From an uncultured virus (IMG/VR IMGVR_UViG_3300025400_000009) (taxonomy: Duplodnaviria > Heunggongvirae > Uroviricota > Caudoviricetes), in the IMG/VR virus record IMGVR_UViG_3300025400_000009: DNA of 64,000 nt; one strand, given 5' to 3'. A program made the translations under genes and the position numbers. Position 1 is the first letter of the stretch. Every line of letters starts with the position of its first letter. Below the pieces are notes generated by a model. That model saw nothing but the letters and a program-made list of their open reading frames with translations, ran no database searches and had not been told where the DNA came from. Below, one piece after another: positions 1 through 11,300 of the stretch.

Positions 1-1339
1 TTGCTGTATTGAAACTCTGTGCGTAGGTAGCTGTTGTAGCCAAACCAACCATAATGGTTGCAGTGTTAGTTGCAAAAACATTACCGTAGAAGTTTGTAGC
101 AGTTACATTACCACCAATATAAGCATTACCAGAAATACCAACGCCACCATACACTACCATTGTACCAGTAGCAGTAGATGTAGCTGGTGTATTTGGTGTA
201 TTCATTACCACAGCGATTGCTGCATTGGTTACTGTAGAAGTTGTTCCATTGGCCAGTACAAATCGCATCTGTGTACCGCTGGTCAATGTACCAAATACCA
301 AGTCACCTAAACCTGCTGTGGCATTTTGACCAACCATTAAATAACCGTCGTTTGGTCCTATTGTTGTTCCTAAACTATATAACTGTGTGCCATCAAAGGT
401 ACTGCTGGCAATACCCATGTCAATGTAAGCAGAACTCAACGAAACGTTATCTGCAGATGCAACAATATCAGTTGATGCTTTTGCACCTGGGTTAATGTTT
501 TGTACATTAACTTCCATGTAGTTGTTTAGGTTACCGGATGCTTGGAACATGGTTTGAGCAAATGGGGTAAAGTTTGTTATACCCGCGTACAATGCTCCAC
601 TGCCTGTCGCATCACCGTAGAATGTACCACTATTAGCAACCAGCGTATTCAACAAAACATTGGTTCCTGTAATAATACCTGTAACATATAAGTTACCAGT
701 TAAGTAACCGTCCCCGTTAATATTAAAACCGTTGTTACCACCGATGCCACCAGCAACATATAAGGCATTGGAACTATAAGAACTTGTACTACTTTGAGTG
801 CTGGTTACGATTAATGTTGCTACTTGATTAGTAAAACTTGGGCCGCTTGTTCCATTGCTAACCAACAATGTTCCAGCAGTACCTGGTCCGGTGAAGGCAG
901 TTGAACCAACAGCAGATTGATAAGGTACTTGACCAGCGGTACCGCCTGCTAGATTAGTAGCAGTTGTAGCACTGCCTGCACTTAAACCACTGATAGCAGT
1001 CCAAGTGGCTGTATTTGACCCAGCAGTTAGCACATATCCGTTAGTGCCTAGAGGAATAAATGCAGTTGTGCCAGCAGCACTTTGAATAGGGATGCTACCA
1101 GTAGCACCACTAGCAATGTTTGTAGCAGTAGTAGCAGTACCGGTTAAGTTACCAACATGCAGGGTAGCAGTAACAGTGCCACCGACAAATAGTCCTCCTG
1201 CAATACCTGCTCCGCCCGCAACTTGTAAGGCGCCTGAATTAGTACTAGTTGTTGCTAATGTAGATAATATTGTAGCCGTATTTTCGACCACAATACCTTT
1301 TCTGACTCTGAAGTCAGCGGTTTGTGCTGTTATTGCCAT
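1..1339 (-). CDS. Thr/Gly-rich tail fibre/adhesin-like virion protein, runs off the window's left edge (not in ORF track)
   Basis: ATG at 1339 read by hand: MAITAQTADFRVRKGIVVENTATILSTLATTSTNSGALQVAGGAGIAGGLFVGG...; no stop seen to position 1. Shares the ST.xGAL.V.GG.G motif and a QN...AS.D..A.A.N....YIDMGI block with 1742..5023. TATAAATA and GGAAAGGGA upstream. Confidence 0.8.
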   Translation of the reverse strand, partial: MAITAQTADFRVRKGIVVENTATILSTLATTSTNSGALQVAGGAGIAGGLFVGGTVTATLHVGNLTGTATTATNIASGATGSIPIQSAAGTTAFIPLGTNGYVLTAGSNTATWTAISGLSAGSATTATNLAGGTAGQVPYQSAVGSTAFTGPGTAGTLLVSNGTSGPSFTNQVATLIVTSTQSSTSSYSSNALYVAGGIGGNNGFNINGDGYLTGNLYVTGIITGTNVLLNTLVANSGTFYGDATGSGALYAGITNFTPFAQTMFQASGNLNNYMEVNVQNINPGAKASTDIVASADNVSLSSAYIDMGIASSTFDGTQLYSLGTTIGPNDGYLMVGQNATAGLGDLVFGTLTSGTQMRFVLANGTTSTVTNAAIAVVMNTPNTPATSTATGTMVVYGGVGISGNAYIGGNVTATNFYGNVFATNTATIMVGLATTATYAQSFNTA

Positions 1340-1383
1340 TTATTCGCTTCCCTTTCCACGTGTAACGGCGGTTACTGATATGT

Positions 1384-1391
1384 TATTTATA
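1384..1391 (-). promoter_or_regulatory. T4-type late promoter TATAAATA
   Basis: Exact T4 late consensus 44 nt upstream of the ATG at 1339; a gp55 homologue is in the window. Confidence 0.7.
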
Positions 1392-1423
1392 TGTTTTGGA
1401 AATTAAGGGTTAGGTACTGCTAT

Positions 1424-1739
1424 TTAGGCCGTAGTTGATGTAGTAAAACTGATTATACCTGTGCCAGAAGTAAACACATAAATGTAGTTTCCAGATGTAT
1501 TTGTAAATGAATAGTTTAGTGTTCCTGGTATAGACATAACAGCATATGTATTGGGATAACTTACTATAACCACACCTGATCCGCCATTGCCGCCGTTAGT
1601 AGCTCCCTGGCTTTGATTCTCGCCGCCGCCAGCAACTACTAAAATCTGTACTGTATTAGTAGTTAAAAAATATGTAGTTACAGGTATATGTGATTAATGT
1701 CACTGCTCCATTAAACGATAACCCGCCACTAATATTCAT
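1424..1739 (-). pseudogene. Frameshifted and probably internally deleted glycine-rich-domain virion gene
   Basis: ATG at 1739 gives MNISGGLSFNGAVTLITY... which stops after 27 codons; the +1 frame continues PVTTYFLTTNTVQILVVAGGGENQSQGATNGGNGGSGVVIVSYPNTY...YIYVFTSGTGIISFTTSTTA* (TAA 1424-1426). Span is 316 nt = 3n+1. Confidence 0.7.
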
Positions 1740-1741
1740 TA

Positions 1742-4700
1742 TTAAATCGCAATCGCAGTACGCTGTAGTTTAATAACCATTGAACTTGGGCTAGTTGGTG
1801 TAAACTTCAATACGACATTTGTACCAGAATAAGCTGCATCAAATGTTCCTAGTTCACCGTTATTAGTCATAACCGCATATTCTGTCATGTAAACATTAGT
1901 GCCACCATCTTGGAACAACATGATTTTCTCAACATGGATATTTGGCAAATCGGTGATTTGAACTGTGTACTCTGCACTTCTGTAACTGCTTGTACTAAAT
2001 GTATCCAAATATTGAGTTACGCCAGATTGTCCGCTTGATATTGTTGCGCTTACATAACTAGATTCTAAGTAAGCATTACCAGCAAATGCAGATACAGTTG
2101 TACCAACAGTACCAGTATTACCACCGTAAACTACACCGCCAACGACGACATTACCACCGACTCCAACACCACCGGTAACTTGTAGTGCGCCTGTTGTAGG
2201 ACTTGTACTATTTGTAGTAGAAGTCATGTAAACAGTATTAGTAAATGTACTAATACCATTGACTGTTAGGTTACTGGTAATAGTTGCTGTTGTAGCAGTA
2301 AAGTTACCAGCACTAGCATTACCTAAATTGATTGGGCTATTTAATGTTAATGTGCCGTCAATAGTTGTAGGACCGTGTACTGTTAAACTTGTAGCAGTCA
2401 CTACAGTAGCAGTAACACCTTGTAGGAAAGATTCACCATTGACCGTTAAGTTGCTGACAATAGTTGCTGTTGTAGCAGTAAAGTTTGTAGCAGTAGTTGA
2501 ACCTAGTGTTGTTTGACCTGTAACAGATAAAGTAGTTGCTGTAACAAGTCCGGCTGTAACACCTTGTAAAATACTTTCTCCGCCAACTGTTAAGTTATTA
2601 ACAACTGTTGCGGTGGTAGCGGTAAAGTTTGTAGCAGTTGCAGAACCAAGTATTGTTTGTCCAGTAACTGTTAAGTTACCATTTACTGTTTCATTGCCAT
2701 TTACTGTTACACTTGTTGCTGTAAATGCAGTAGCAGTAACCCCTGCTAATGTACTTTGACCAACAACATTTAATGTGGTATTAATAACAGCGGAAGTAGC
2801 TGTTAATATTGTAGCAGTAACACCTGCTAATGTACTTTGACCACTAACATTTAATGTAGTAGATGTTAAGTTAGTGGCAGTTACTGCACCACCAACAAAC
2901 AATCCGCCACTAATACCAACACCACCAGCTACTGTTAATGCGCCTGTATTGGTACTAGATACACTGGTATTTGCAGCATAGAAACTAGCAACAATGTTGC
3001 TGGCCAATGTGCCGCCAGTATGGATATAAACATATTTGTTAGCAGCATCTGTACCTAGTGTTAAGTTACCGCCATCAACATACAAGTAACCGTCATTGGC
3101 ACCGCTAATGGTCCAAGTAGCAGTGGAGAATCCACTGTTATTGATACCCATGTCAATGTAGTTAGACGAGTCAGTACCGTTATTTGCAGTTGCAATAAAA
3201 TCACTACTTGCTTGATTACCAGTACTGGTGTTTTGAATCTGTATTTGTGTATAGCCATTGACATTATTTGTCAATACCATTAATGGATTAGCTAGGCCAA
3301 TAGTACTTTGTGTAGGTCCGCCGTAGAATACGCCGCCTACATACATATTTTGAGCAACACCAACACCACCAGCTACTTGTAAAGCGCCAGTATTAGTTGA
3401 GCTTGCACCAGCTGTTCCAATAACACTGATGTTTGTAGCGGTCAAGGTCTGACCAATAATCGCACTATTAGTTACATTTAGAGCTGTATTAGTGCCGGTT
3501 ATTGCTACGTTAACAAATGTACCAGTAGTACCACTGATTGTATCTAAACCAACACCTTTTAAGAAAATGCTGCCGTTAACATTAACGTTACCACCAACCC
3601 ACAAGTCTTGGCTAATACCGGCACCACCAGTTACCATCAAGGAACCACTTGCGCCAGTTGCCGCAGTAGCATTGTTGCCGCCACCTATAGCAATGTTAGT
3701 TGTAGTGAATAAACCTTGTGTACCACCATATCCGGTTGGATTGAATTCTAAACTGGTACTAAATGCGGTTTGACCTGGTGCAGATTGGTATGGAATCTCA
3801 TAAGCCAACCCTGCTTGAATATTTGTAGCAGTAGTTGCATTACCTGCTGTCAATCCAGAAATAGATGTCCAGGTCGGTATGCCACCAGCCATTTCCAAAA
3901 TAGTGCCATTGGTGCCAGTTGCAATAAATCCAGTTTGACTTGCACCTGTTTGATATACTAGCTGGCCGACTGCACCCCCGTAGATATTACCAGGAGCACC
4001 TGCTTGTCCTAAAATAGCATTAATGTTTGTTGCGGTAATGGCGCCGGCAGCATATACACCACCTGCAACACCTAGACCACCTGCAACTTGTAAAGCACCT
4101 GTATTAGTTGAACTTACACTTGCAGTAGAGTTAACTTTAACACCACCACTAGATACCCAGTTTGCAACTCCATCATAAGTTAAACTAATATAAGCAGTTG
4201 ACGAACTTTGACCAATATATAAACCAGCACCGTTGGCTAATATGGCACTTGTGCTACCTGTACTTAAAACAAGAGCATTATCGCCTGAGCTAATGGTATT
4301 TTTGTTAACAACAAACTGTGTACCATCAACATACAAATCACCAGCAACATAGGCTGTGCCGCCAACATATAATGCACCACTAATGCCAGCGCCGCCAGTA
4401 ACTTGTAAAGCACCAGAACCATTGGCAGCACCAGTTGCCGCACTATTAGAGTTAGCAATCAAATTGCCAGATACTGTAGCAGCACCAGATACTGTTAATG
4501 TTGTAGCTGTTACAGATGTAGCAGTAACACCTTGTAATGTACTTTGACCTGTAACAACAAGGCTTGTTGCTGTCACTAAACCAGCGGTAACACCTTGTAA
4601 AATACTTTCGCCAGTTGCATAAAAAGTTGTAACAGTAGTGATTGCAGCATTTAATGCACCTAGTGTACTTTGACCTGTTACATTTAATGTGCTTTGTAGT

Positions 4701-5023
4701 GTTGCCGGACCAGTAACTGTTAAGTTAGTTGTAGTAAAGTTTGTAGCAGTAGCACTAACAAATGTAGATAATCCTGTTACATTTAAAGTATTAGTAAAGT
4801 TAACAGCATTGGTAGCAGTTAATGTACCATATACAGTCGTAGCGCCGTAAAATGTGGAAGTAGTACCGACTATTAAGTTTTTATTGATTGCGGCGCCGCC
4901 AGCAACTTGAAACGTGCCAGCTTGCGATCCTTGCGTGTACGTAGCAGTAGTAACTGGGGAGGTACCTTCTACGGATAACCCTGCTCGGGTGATAAAATCT
5001 TTAGTTAGTGATGTTAGTGCCAT
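1742..5023 (-). CDS. Long Thr-rich tail fibre-like protein (1093 aa)
   Basis: Many T.T.L.V.G.STL.GVTAT beta repeats, several STNTGALQVAGG.G motifs, C-terminal D.F....YRSA.Y.VQI...TEY...LG.F.A...L.FTP domain shared with 5043..6260. Confidence 0.75.
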   Translation of the reverse strand: MALTSLTKDFITRAGLSVEGTSPVTTATYTQGSQAGTFQVAGGAAINKNLIVGTTSTFYGATTVYGTLTATNAVNFTNTLNVTGLSTFVSATATNFTTTNLTVTGPATLQSTLNVTGQSTLGALNAAITTVTTFYATGESILQGVTAGLVTATSLVVTGQSTLQGVTATSVTATTLTVSGAATVSGNLIANSNSAATGAANGSGALQVTGGAGISGALYVGGTAYVAGDLYVDGTQFVVNKNTISSGDNALVLSTGSTSAILANGAGLYIGQSSSTAYISLTYDGVANWVSSGGVKVNSTASVSSTNTGALQVAGGLGVAGGVYAAGAITATNINAILGQAGAPGNIYGGAVGQLVYQTGASQTGFIATGTNGTILEMAGGIPTWTSISGLTAGNATTATNIQAGLAYEIPYQSAPGQTAFSTSLEFNPTGYGGTQGLFTTTNIAIGGGNNATAATGASGSLMVTGGAGISQDLWVGGNVNVNGSIFLKGVGLDTISGTTGTFVNVAITGTNTALNVTNSAIIGQTLTATNISVIGTAGASSTNTGALQVAGGVGVAQNMYVGGVFYGGPTQSTIGLANPLMVLTNNVNGYTQIQIQNTSTGNQASSDFIATANNGTDSSNYIDMGINNSGFSTATWTISGANDGYLYVDGGNLTLGTDAANKYVYIHTGGTLASNIVASFYAANTSVSSTNTGALTVAGGVGISGGLFVGGAVTATNLTSTTLNVSGQSTLAGVTATILTATSAVINTTLNVVGQSTLAGVTATAFTATSVTVNGNETVNGNLTVTGQTILGSATATNFTATTATVVNNLTVGGESILQGVTAGLVTATTLSVTGQTTLGSTTATNFTATTATIVSNLTVNGESFLQGVTATVVTATSLTVHGPTTIDGTLTLNSPINLGNASAGNFTATTATITSNLTVNGISTFTNTVYMTSTTNSTSPTTGALQVTGGVGVGGNVVVGGVVYGGNTGTVGTTVSAFAGNAYLESSYVSATISSGQSGVTQYLDTFSTSSYRSAEYTVQITDLPNIHVEKIMLFQDGGTNVYMTEYAVMTNNGELGTFDAAYSGTNVVLKFTPTSPSSMVIKLQRTAIAI

Positions 5024-5042
5024 ATTAGTGTATTACCCTTCG

Positions 5043-6260
5043 TTAGAACGCTACCGTTGTCCTTATCAATTTTATTGTCATTGTTGTTCCTGATATGTAA
5101 GGTGTAAAATACAATCTTACATTATTATCAAGTTCAACATCTGCTGAAAACTCGCCTAATACTGTGGGTCCCACTCTGCTATACTCTGTAGAATACACAT
5201 TCTGCAAGTTATCAACCAATAACAAAATCTCAACTGCTTCAAATAATGCCCCGTAACCTGCTCCTGATTCTATTTGAACTACATATTTTGCAGTTCTATA
5301 GTAGGTTACTGGATACACATCTATCACAGTTGTCGCTGTTGTATTTATTACAGTCTGCGCAGAAGTGATATCTGCGGCTAAAAGTTGTATGGCACCGCCT
5401 ATAGTGATGTTGCCGCCTACCCCAATACCGTTTTTAACTACTAGTGCTCCGGTAGTAGTGCTTGTAGAGTCTGTGGCATTGGTTAAAGTTATTACTTGAT
5501 CTGATATAGCACCGCGTGTTGTTACAGATTCTAATGTACTAATATCGCTAAAATACAAAGTATTAGAAGTAGCAGTAATTAAAATATCAGGCCCAGATTG
5601 TACAACATTGAAAAAACTAGCGGTTGTGAGTACTTGATGGGCTTGCAAATAAAGGTTCCCGCCTACCCATAAATCTCGGCCAATGCCAACACCGCCTTGT
5701 ACAACTAATGCTCCTGTTGTAGTAGACGTTGCATTTGTATTATTAGCAATATTTTCAGTACCAGTTAATGTTAAGTTTCCAGTGAGGTTAGTGGTTCCAC
5801 CAACAGTTAAGTTACCTCGAATACCAACCCCTCCAGCTACAGTTAGTGCGCCTGTAGTAGTCGAGGTCGATGCTGTTATATTTGTAAGACAAATAGTTTG
5901 ATCAGTTGTATTTCCACGAAGTGTTACTGATTCTAATGTGCTAGTATTCCATATAGTTGCGGTAAATCCCACTGTGGCAATAGCAGTATCAGTGCCAGCT
6001 AACAATGTCATAACACCTTGTGAACTGGTGTTAGATTGTGTAATATATTGATAGATAGTAGCACTGGTAATAACCACTGCGCCGCCTACGGTAGCTGTAT
6101 TACCGGTTACCACAAAATTGTAGGTAGTAACTGTAGACACATTTTGTGGTGCTACCGTTTGTATTGACCAAACTGAACCGTTCCAAATGTATGTTTGGCC
6201 GCTGGCTGTGGTATATTTTTGTCCGATTGTTGGGTTACTTGGAAATCCTAATGTTGCCAT
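5043..6260 (-). CDS. Tail fibre-like protein (405 aa), paralogue of the neighbour
   Basis: N-terminal FPSNPTIGQKY...YIWNGSVW module, three STTTGAL.V.GG.GI repeats, shared C-terminal YRTAKYVVQI...STEY...LYFTP domain. Confidence 0.75.
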   Translation of the reverse strand: MATLGFPSNPTIGQKYTTASGQTYIWNGSVWSIQTVAPQNVSTVTTYNFVVTGNTATVGGAVVITSATIYQYITQSNTSSQGVMTLLAGTDTAIATVGFTATIWNTSTLESVTLRGNTTDQTICLTNITASTSTTTGALTVAGGVGIRGNLTVGGTTNLTGNLTLTGTENIANNTNATSTTTGALVVQGGVGIGRDLWVGGNLYLQAHQVLTTASFFNVVQSGPDILITATSNTLYFSDISTLESVTTRGAISDQVITLTNATDSTSTTTGALVVKNGIGVGGNITIGGAIQLLAADITSAQTVINTTATTVIDVYPVTYYRTAKYVVQIESGAGYGALFEAVEILLLVDNLQNVYSTEYSRVGPTVLGEFSADVELDNNVRLYFTPYISGTTMTIKLIRTTVAF

Positions 6261-6272
6261 ATTTTTTACTCT

Positions 6273-7973
6273 TTATAGTTGTGCTATTTGTACCCAGAAG
6301 TAGTTTGTACCGTCAAGGATATATTGATATTCTGCCAATGTATCCGAGTTAATCCAAAAATCTCCTATGTTAGGTAATAGCGGAACTGTTGTACTTACCG
6401 TTACTTGTGGACTATATAGTTTATAGTTTTCTTGTGGATTACCGTCTGCACTATAGATACTACCTTGTACACCCACACCTCCGGCAACAGTGACTGCTCC
6501 AGATGTTTGATTTGTAGAAGGTGTAGTATCTGTTACACTAATATTAGTAGCAGTGGTTGACAACAGATTGGCATTCTTTGGAGTAGATGCTCCAATGACT
6601 ATATTATCAATGTGGCCAGTAACAGAAGGATTAACAACTACAGTGCCAATAGGACTTAACGTTACTGTTCCTGTACCTGTAGCATTTAAATTAGCGCCTA
6701 CAAATAAACTGCCGCTTAGTCCGGCGCCGCCGTAGACATTAAATGCACCAGTTGTAGTTGAAGTAGAATCATCTCCTAGTCCAACACCTACATCTGCATT
6801 TAATTCTAAATACCCCGAACCGTTGTAATAAAATACCGAACCTATATTGATTTGATTATCTAATCCGTCTACTAAGTTTGAACCTGCTATGGAAATATTG
6901 TTATTACCCTTGGTCATATTATAGGCCACTGTTGGTCCTATAAAGACATTGTAACTACCTGTTGTAAACCCAGATGCAGCGCCATGTCCAACAAATATAT
7001 TTTGATCTCCGTCATATATACTATTGCCTGCATTAGTTCCAAGAGCAATATTATCAATATTAGAAATAACACGGAATACTGTTCCGCTGTTTACATATGT
7101 TGAACCCTGTGTACTAACAGGAGTTCCGGTGCAGTTAACATCTCCTTGTGAAAATAAAGAAAATGTATCTGTAGTCAAAGATTTAGCACGGAAATAGTTT
7201 CCGTTAAGTGTACCATTAACCGTTCCAACTGTTCCGTAGATTGCTATTTCTGTACCTGTACTCAGCCCGTGATTGGGGACTGTAACAACAGTTGTAGATC
7301 CTACGGCCAATGAAGTAATGTTTCCAATAAGAACTTGAGGAATAGTACCAGCTGTGTATAAACTGCTATCACCAATCGCTATAGTATTTGTTAAGTAAGT
7401 ACCGGTACTTAGTGCATAGCGCCCAATAGCAATAGAGTTTACAGCACCGCTTGCGCCACCAGTATATAATTCTTGTAATGCACCCCATCCGATAGAAATA
7501 CTATTTTCACCATCTGCTTTACCGTCAGTAAAATTTACTTTACTAAAAGGATCTCCGGTGATAACAATGTTATTTTGATTAGGATTTCTTCCTTGTCCTA
7601 CACGCAGACCATTTATATAGATATCTTCACCTGTGTGTAATCCATTAGCAATACCGACGCCACCGTGAACAACTAAAGCACCTGTACTGGTTCCAGTATT
7701 AACAACATTACCTGTAATGTATACAATACCTGTTGTTCCAGTACCTAGTAATGTAACATTACCATCAGGTAGTAGACTATAAACTTTTCCGTTTGTAAAT
7801 TCTAAGTTACCTAAACTTGATACAAATGTAACTTGCGAACCAGAGTTAGCAACAAGTGTATAACCTGTGCTAGTGGTAGGTGTAGGCCCCAGTTGATACT
7901 GTACATTGGTTAAGTTAGCATACCCTAATGGTCCGCTACTGTTTAATCTTGATCCACTTAGTAATCCCGGCAT
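6273..7973 (-). CDS. Fibre/adhesin-like protein with YadA-head-like repeats (566 aa)
   Basis: Repeats NSISIGWGAL, NSIAIGRYAL, NTIAIGDSSL, NIALGTNAG, NIFVGHGAA, NVFIGPTVA; STGAL.V.GG motifs; C-terminal P.IGDFWINS module. Confidence 0.7.
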   Translation of the reverse strand: MPGLLSGSRLNSSGPLGYANLTNVQYQLGPTPTTSTGYTLVANSGSQVTFVSSLGNLEFTNGKVYSLLPDGNVTLLGTGTTGIVYITGNVVNTGTSTGALVVHGGVGIANGLHTGEDIYINGLRVGQGRNPNQNNIVITGDPFSKVNFTDGKADGENSISIGWGALQELYTGGASGAVNSIAIGRYALSTGTYLTNTIAIGDSSLYTAGTIPQVLIGNITSLAVGSTTVVTVPNHGLSTGTEIAIYGTVGTVNGTLNGNYFRAKSLTTDTFSLFSQGDVNCTGTPVSTQGSTYVNSGTVFRVISNIDNIALGTNAGNSIYDGDQNIFVGHGAASGFTTGSYNVFIGPTVAYNMTKGNNNISIAGSNLVDGLDNQINIGSVFYYNGSGYLELNADVGVGLGDDSTSTTTGAFNVYGGAGLSGSLFVGANLNATGTGTVTLSPIGTVVVNPSVTGHIDNIVIGASTPKNANLLSTTATNISVTDTTPSTNQTSGAVTVAGGVGVQGSIYSADGNPQENYKLYSPQVTVSTTVPLLPNIGDFWINSDTLAEYQYILDGTNYFWVQIAQL

Positions 7974-7985
7974 TTTTATATCCTA

Positions 7986-8369
7986 TTATGAGTTAGCAGT
8001 TTCAAGTACACTTAAAACTAACTGTAATGTTCCTGGTGTGTCTGCATATGCATAAACTTTATCTAGTTGTTCAAGAATTAGTTTGCCGCTTAATGGACTA
8101 CCAGCATCGTTTGGAGGGATTCCGTAGTTTACTACCAAAGGACTGATGGTATTTCCAGGTTGACCACCATTGCCCTGTGCATCTGCTAGTACAGGTCGGT
8201 TTCTGTAATGAGCAAAACTTACAGAATGAGTTTGTGTGGTTAGGTTTGCAACCTGGGCCATCAGAATGATCGATGTAATACCAATAGGTGCTGTATAAAC
8301 CGATGTCCAGTTTGTAGAAGTCAACACCGCTGTTTTTGTTTTAAATGTGTTTAATGGTAGTTGTGCCAT
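7986..8369 (-). CDS. Small virion structural protein (127 aa)
   Basis: VYTAP.G.TSIILMAQVAN...GKLILE..D...LSVLET pattern typical of small proteins beside fibre genes in T4-like phages; tight spacing in operon. Confidence 0.65.
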   Translation of the reverse strand: MAQLPLNTFKTKTAVLTSTNWTSVYTAPIGITSIILMAQVANLTTQTHSVSFAHYRNRPVLADAQGNGGQPGNTISPLVVNYGIPPNDAGSPLSGKLILEQLDKVYAYADTPGTLQLVLSVLETANS

Positions 8370-8381
8370 TTTATCTTATCC

Positions 8382-11300
8382 TTATAATGCTTCGATTGCT
8401 AGAATGAACGGTGTCATATTAGCAAATAATGATTGTACAAATGTTCTACCACTAATAACACCAGTGGCCTGACTAATAACCAAACTAGGACCGATACGGA
8501 AATCGCCGTTTTGGTCAGTCGAAGTAAAGAATACTTTACCACCGCCTAGTTGAACTGTTTCTCGTGCCTGTATAGGGTCTGCTTGTCCTACTTGAGGCAA
8601 TGCTCCGTAGTTAGTTCCAGCACCAACGTATTCAAATACATATCCAGAAGCAGATATGTAACTGCGTTGATAGAAGTTAACAGTTGCACCGTCCGGGAAT
8701 AGTGTAGGATCTGTTACTGCCTGTTCCATTTCTACAATGTGATATGTGCCTGGACGACTCCAGTAACTCAAACCAGCATAGACCATATTGTAGTTGCCGC
8801 CTGTTTCTAAATCATATATTAACTGTTGTAGGATTAATGCAACATCTCGTACACATTTTTGTGCTTGTCCGTGACTCATTGTTGCACCGTTGTATACACT
8901 AGCATAGAAATGGTTAACATATGCAACAACTTCAGCGGTCATGAAGCTCAAGTTGGCATTGATTAAATCAATAGCACTACCTGCTCCATTTGGTATTGTT
9001 CCTGTTTTTGTAATCAAACTGCTTGGGACAACACTCAATGCAGCATTTAAGTTAGTTGCAGTAACAATAGTTTCCAAATAACCAAAACGCAAATCAATAA
9101 ATGGCTGAGATGCGCTACCACCTGAAAAACTACTATTAGTTACCTGCGTTACAGTATTTTGATATGTAGGACTATAAACTGTATTGTTAATAACATAATC
9201 GGTTAATGTGTTTAGATAACGAATAGCAGCAGCATGTGCATCTATTTGGCTAACTGTGGGACCATTAAACAATGGATTTGTATTAGCCGACAAGATATTT
9301 GTTCCTGTAACATACGGTTGATTAGCAACATTACTAGTCAACACATCATAGTAAGCATTTCCTGAGAAATAAATCGTAAAGTAACTACTATTGTCAGGGA
9401 AACTTGCACCACTAGTCAATGCTTGACTTAGAGTAATACTGTTATAGTTAATGTCTACAACAGTTGTACCGGTAGCACAATAAAGAACACCATAGTTTGT
9501 ATTCACTACGGGAGGAGGATTTTGAGTTAAGAATCCAGGGGCTCCTGTATTTTGAATAGCAAGTACCGTACCAGTACTGCTAATATAATTTCCAAATTCA
9601 TCATGTTTATATGGGAATTTATCATAAGGGAAACCAAACTGGTCAATAACATAGACATTGTTTCCAATATGTACATCAGTAGTATCAACACCAGACAATG
9701 AAATTGTACCAGTTATTAAAGTACTGGTTGTAGGTTGTGCATTTAAGAACCCTTGGATAACAACACCATTAGCAGCTAGTTCCGGACTGTTATATGCACT
9801 GCTATATGAAGACGGTGGAACAACTTCCATAACCAAACTAATGTGTGGTCGATTGTCTATATCTGGAACAAAGACTTCAATATTACCTTTACTATCTGGG
9901 AAATACCCTTCTGGATAATATTGGTCTAAAGAGTTGGCACCGTATACTTCTTGTGGACTAAATGGATATGCTCTATTGATAGGATTATAAACGGTACCAC
10001 TGAATGCACGACTACCGTAACCCTTAGCAACCAAGCAAAGGTCACCAAAGTTAGCATTACTATTAACAATACTAGCAATACCACCGTTGTCAACTTGAAC
10101 ACCTACGCTGGCAAAAATTGTAAACACAGAAACTAACTGTGCATAGCCATTGTTAGTAACTTTAACACCAACGCCGCCTTGAGTTAACTGTGTAAACGCA
10201 TCATAAACAAAAGACTGGATAGGACTGCGATCACTAACTACTGAGCCATCAACTAAACTTCCGCCCATAGCACCTATCGAATCAACTTTACGACTATCCC
10301 ATGTGCTTGTGCTACCTGTTTGTGTTAAAGAAAGTGCATCAACTTCTGAGTTTTGTAATGGGAATACACGAGTATTGCCAAAATATAATGTAGCATTATT
10401 TCCTGCTCCGATGGTAGCAGTACTTAGACCAAGAATGTAGGTTCCAGTAGCCACAGGTGTTATCGATGTTATAGTAGGTGAGCTCTTTACATCTAAACCA
10501 TTAGTTCCTGTTAATGCAAATATACCTCCCCCTGCATAGACTGGTGGAGCAAAATCTGGACCTTGATTAATAATAGTACTAATAATGCCAAAGTTTCTAG
10601 CAATAGCCTGTTGTGGCATATAGTTACCACCATATTGGAAGAATGGATTGATAACTTGTTTAGCCACAGTACCAGTTATTACAGCAACAGGTTGATTATT
10701 GGCAATTTGTTGTGCAATAGAACTAATGTAACTGATTGCTTGAGTAGTTGTTGTAAGCTCGTTAGCAATATAGTTATAGCCTTGATTCCAATAACTTAAT
10801 CCTGCTTCGACACTGCGTTGATTTCCGCCTAATAATACATCTTGGCTAACAGCATCAACCATTAAACCAATGTCACGATAGCAATATCCTTGATCGTAGG
10901 CAAATGGGGTAATGCTGGCTGTTTTTGCAAGATAGGCAAGGACTTCTGCTATGATAAAACTACGGTTAGCATGTAATAGTGCCCATGCATTTTGTGCGTT
11001 AGCATCATATGATGGTGTCAAACTCTGCGGAGTTTTAGGTCCAGCAGCACTTGGTCCGTTAACAATAATTTTTGTGATCTCGGCAATCTTTTGTTTTAAC
11101 TGTTGTGCTTCTATTACAGTTGCCGGAGTATAGCCCACAACAACTTGTGGGACTACTGATTGATAAGGATTAGCAATGGTATTACCGGTTACAATATTTT
11201 GTACAATGTTTCCAATAAAGTTATAAGCTGAAATTGTTTCAGGAACTTCTGCCGGAAGCTGTGTATTGTTGTTGTAACCCCAATAGTATACACCGGATTT

